Shown in pieces: positions 33,030 to 35,182 of a stretch of DNA of 35,182 bases. The DNA is from Fidelibacterota bacterium (lineage in GTDB: Bacteria > Fidelibacterota > Marinisomatia > Marinisomatales > UBA1611): assembly GCA_038281125.1 (NCBI GenBank), contig JAYNUL010000005.1, positions 1 to 35,182 of the forward strand. Reading direction: 5' to 3'. The notes below the pieces were generated by a model, which was not told where the DNA came from, did no database searches, and saw only the letters and a program-made list of their open reading frames with translations. Within the stretch, counting starts at the first letter, position 1. Each line of letters opens with the position of its first letter. The position numbers and the translations under genes were made by a program.

Positions 33030-34370
33030 TCAACATGCAAGTGCACCCATTGGATCCCATGGGTCTAAGTGAATTGCATCTTCATTATTAAAAAGATCAA
33101 CCAACTCATCTGGAAGGTGATTTTTATGGACTACAACCTCATAGTTGTATTCGTCGAACCATTTATCAGACATGATATTATATCCCTTTTCTCCTCCTTT
33201 TGTTCCCCAACTATTTTCGACTCTCCACTTAACAGGCTTATTATGTAAATCCAGGTCTACACCAGTAAAGAGCATGGCATGTGTCATTTGACTGTCTCCA
33301 TACTCTAATCTTGTGGCCTTATCCATTCCAAACTCTAAATTGTAGAAGGAATCATAATCAAATAAATCCATATCCATGACACCTAGTTCACGATGAAAAT
33401 GCTTACTAACATCACATCCGAACCAAACAGGTTCATCAGCCAACAAGGATTTAACAGCAGCTTCTTTCATTTTTTCACTATCAACATTTAGATAACGAAT
33501 AGGGTTACCCTCAACTACATTACCCAAGTAGTCTACCGTATAGACTTTATTGTATTCTTTATCGGACATAGGACAATTAATTAAACATACGTATTCATCA
33601 AGATTGAGACCCACATGATCTTTGTAGAAAGACTGTGGTGTCATATCGGTAAAACGAATAAATTTCTTTTTCTTGTCCCTTGACTGCCAATTAATTTTTG
33701 TTGGAGGTGTTCCTAAGTGAATGGTAAGCATTTTATAGATGTCCTGCAGCATCAATTGCTTTTGTTTTAATAGATCATCATCACCCACCCCGTCACTAAT
33801 TGCATGCCGTAGAACTTTAGCATTTTCTCTTAGCTTCCTGGTAATCATTCTATTCATATATCTAGAATTACTGGATGAGTAGGATTCAGGCATCTCAGTT
33901 TGAGGTACTACACCATATTTATTTACAAGGTTAACCCACATGTCCCACTGACCTCCATCCTGTATTGGATTGGACAATAGATGCATGATTAACCTGCTGT
34001 TCCAATCCTCCTTGGCTATCTTTATTATTGATTCTAAAAAGTAGTTAGACTTTTCAAGTTTGTCCCAAAACATGAAATAACTTTGTGAAAATTGGAAATC
34101 TTTTATAGAATATTTTCTGCCAAGATATATTCTAAAAAGATTCAACCCAGCAAACCCCCAACAACGGCCGCTTGATTTTTGATTAGTTATAGGCATTTCA
34201 CCATTGATTACATCTGAGAAAGAATGATCAATTTTTCTGTAATGGTCCCAATCCATGGCAACTTCAATTAGATTGTTGCGAAAAGTTGCATTTCTTATAG
34301 ATCTAACATGAGAATCTGAGCTCGTTAAATTTTCAAACTCATTAATTGTATTTTTATCAATTGGCTTCAT
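33030..34370 (-). CDS. pepC: aminopeptidase C / bleomycin-hydrolase-type C1 cysteine peptidase
   Basis: 446 aa. The catalytic Cys motif is NQKSSGRCWGFAG, and THAMLFTGV, VENSWG and the C-terminal WDPMGALA(C) tail are typical of PepC. Confidence 0.9.
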   Translation of the reverse strand: MKPIDKNTINEFENLTSSDSHVRSIRNATFRNNLIEVAMDWDHYRKIDHSFSDVINGEMPITNQKSSGRCWGFAGLNLFRIYLGRKYSIKDFQFSQSYFMFWDKLEKSNYFLESIIKIAKEDWNSRLIMHLLSNPIQDGGQWDMWVNLVNKYGVVPQTEMPESYSSSNSRYMNRMITRKLRENAKVLRHAISDGVGDDDLLKQKQLMLQDIYKMLTIHLGTPPTKINWQSRDKKKKFIRFTDMTPQSFYKDHVGLNLDEYVCLINCPMSDKEYNKVYTVDYLGNVVEGNPIRYLNVDSEKMKEAAVKSLLADEPVWFGCDVSKHFHRELGVMDMDLFDYDSFYNLEFGMDKATRLEYGDSQMTHAMLFTGVDLDLHNKPVKWRVENSWGTKGGEKGYNIMSDKWFDEYNYEVVVHKNHLPDELVDLFNNEDAIHLDPWDPMGALAC

Positions 34371-34469
34371 TCTTTCCCTATTTATTGTTTAAATGCTAAA
34401 GTAATATTCAAAATATAACCATGGTTTTAGTACAATATCTTCAATTCAAAATCGGATAATCGGAGAAAA

Positions 34470-35182
34470 TCATTTCAGCAATAACATCCTACCTTTTTTA
34501 AAATCAGTACCAGTTTTAATAGTGTAAAAGTAAAACCCAGTTCCAAGATCTATACCATTATCATCAGCGGAATCCCACAAAACTGACTTTAATCCTGCCT
34601 CCTGAAATCCATCATAAAGAGTTCTTACTTTTCTTCCCATTATGTCATAGATATTAATTTCAACCTTCCCACTCACTAGCAGTTCATACTTAATATTTGT
34701 AGCCGGATTAAATGGATTTGGGATATTATCAACGTGGTCTATTAGAGAATGCCTTGGATATCTATCCAATGGAAGGTTTGATTTATCAAATATGATAAAT
34801 TCCTTTTGCTTTTTCGCGTAAGGATGTTTTACAGGTGTAACAACAACATTGATTTGAGAGTATGGTGTATATCTTCCACCATGTGAAAAATTATAATCTA
34901 ATTGAATATCTATTTGCTCTTGTGCATCAATTGTGTCAATACCAGTCATTATTGGAATCCATTTTTGATTGTCTGTTACAGTATATTGATATGGTTGTCT
35001 GTAATCACTCTCGTTTTTAATAGAAATAGTAACAGTACCACTAGAGTCAATTACAACTCCGTTCATATCTACCCCATCCAAACTGATGTATGAATACGGA
35101 CTTGCCATAAGCGAAAATGCGTCAGGATGCAGGGAAGGAATTCGAAATGCTCTGTACCAGCCGTAATGCTGATTTCCTCTCA
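34470..35182 (-). CDS. T9SS cargo protein (N-terminus probably lies beyond the right edge)
   Basis: The track starts it at the ATG at 35108, but I checked that the frame stays open upstream to the window edge (...GWYRAFRIPSLHPDAFSLMASPY...). The C-terminus, IPNPFNPATNIKYEL...INIYDIMGRKV...GFYFYTIK, is a T9SS sorting-domain pattern. Confidence 0.65.
   Translation of the reverse strand, partial: RGNQHYGWYRAFRIPSLHPDAFSLMASPYSYISLDGVDMNGVVIDSSGTVTISIKNESDYRQPYQYTVTDNQKWIPIMTGIDTIDAQEQIDIQLDYNFSHGGRYTPYSQINVVVTPVKHPYAKKQKEFIIFDKSNLPLDRYPRHSLIDHVDNIPNPFNPATNIKYELLVSGKVEINIYDIMGRKVRTLYDGFQEAGLKSVLWDSADDNGIDLGTGFYFYTIKTGTDFKKGRMLLLK

Noticed and set aside
1-35182. A search for CRISPR arrays, IS elements or transposases, integrases, toxin-antitoxin pairs, rRNA, tmRNA, RNase P or riboswitch-like leaders.
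   Set aside because: None was found by eye. Intergenic regions are short and AT-rich, and the only structures are the two hairpins reported as features. A covariance-model scan would be needed to exclude small ncRNAs.

Overview
This is an AT-rich window (about one-third G+C by eye) and almost entirely coding. It holds about 37 protein genes and 3 tRNAs. I found no transposase, integrase, CRISPR array or rRNA. The lineage is probably a marine member of the FCB superphylum, possibly Marinimicrobia/SAR406-like. This is an inference from two proteins ending in T9SS-type C-terminal sorting domains (FPNPFNP...), many x-S-C lipoprotein signals and a peptide-scavenging gene content.

Main blocks:
- 1-4943 (-): an envelope cluster. 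It contains a FecR-domain protein fused to a calcium-repeat beta-barrel, three small orphan genes and a DegT-like aminotransferase that runs off the left edge.
- 5035-8754: dld, a thioesterase, a CarboxypepD_reg protein and msrA.
- 9475-9640 (-): tRNA-Leu(UAA) and tRNA-Cys(GCA).
- 10313-18170 (-): an M3B oligoendopeptidase plus a YejABE-like peptide ABC importer with two separate ATPases.
- 18270-24421: a surface cluster including two adjacent lipoproteins built from 12 Ig-like (Big_7-like) repeats.
- 24769-27342 (-): yciH, a 5'-nucleotidase-like lipoprotein, a rhodanese, a MauE/DoxX protein and tRNA-Gly(GCC).
- 27443-35182: an orphan secreted protein, an esterase, a plant-type LRR T9SS cargo, an MFS transporter, yggT, pepC and a second T9SS cargo that runs off the right edge.

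Lead finding: the ORF track truncates the 5'-nucleotidase-like gene. Its true frame runs 27012->25831 through an in-frame TGA at codon 47 (26872-26874), inside a D-P-C-G-[TGA] motif. A hairpin follows whose GGUCU loop places G23/U24 at the same distance from the UGA as I recall for the E. coli fdhF SECIS. This looks like a selenocysteine (C-x-U) lipoprotein heading a rhodanese + MauE/DoxX redox operon. All homology calls come from reading motifs by eye; no searches were run.
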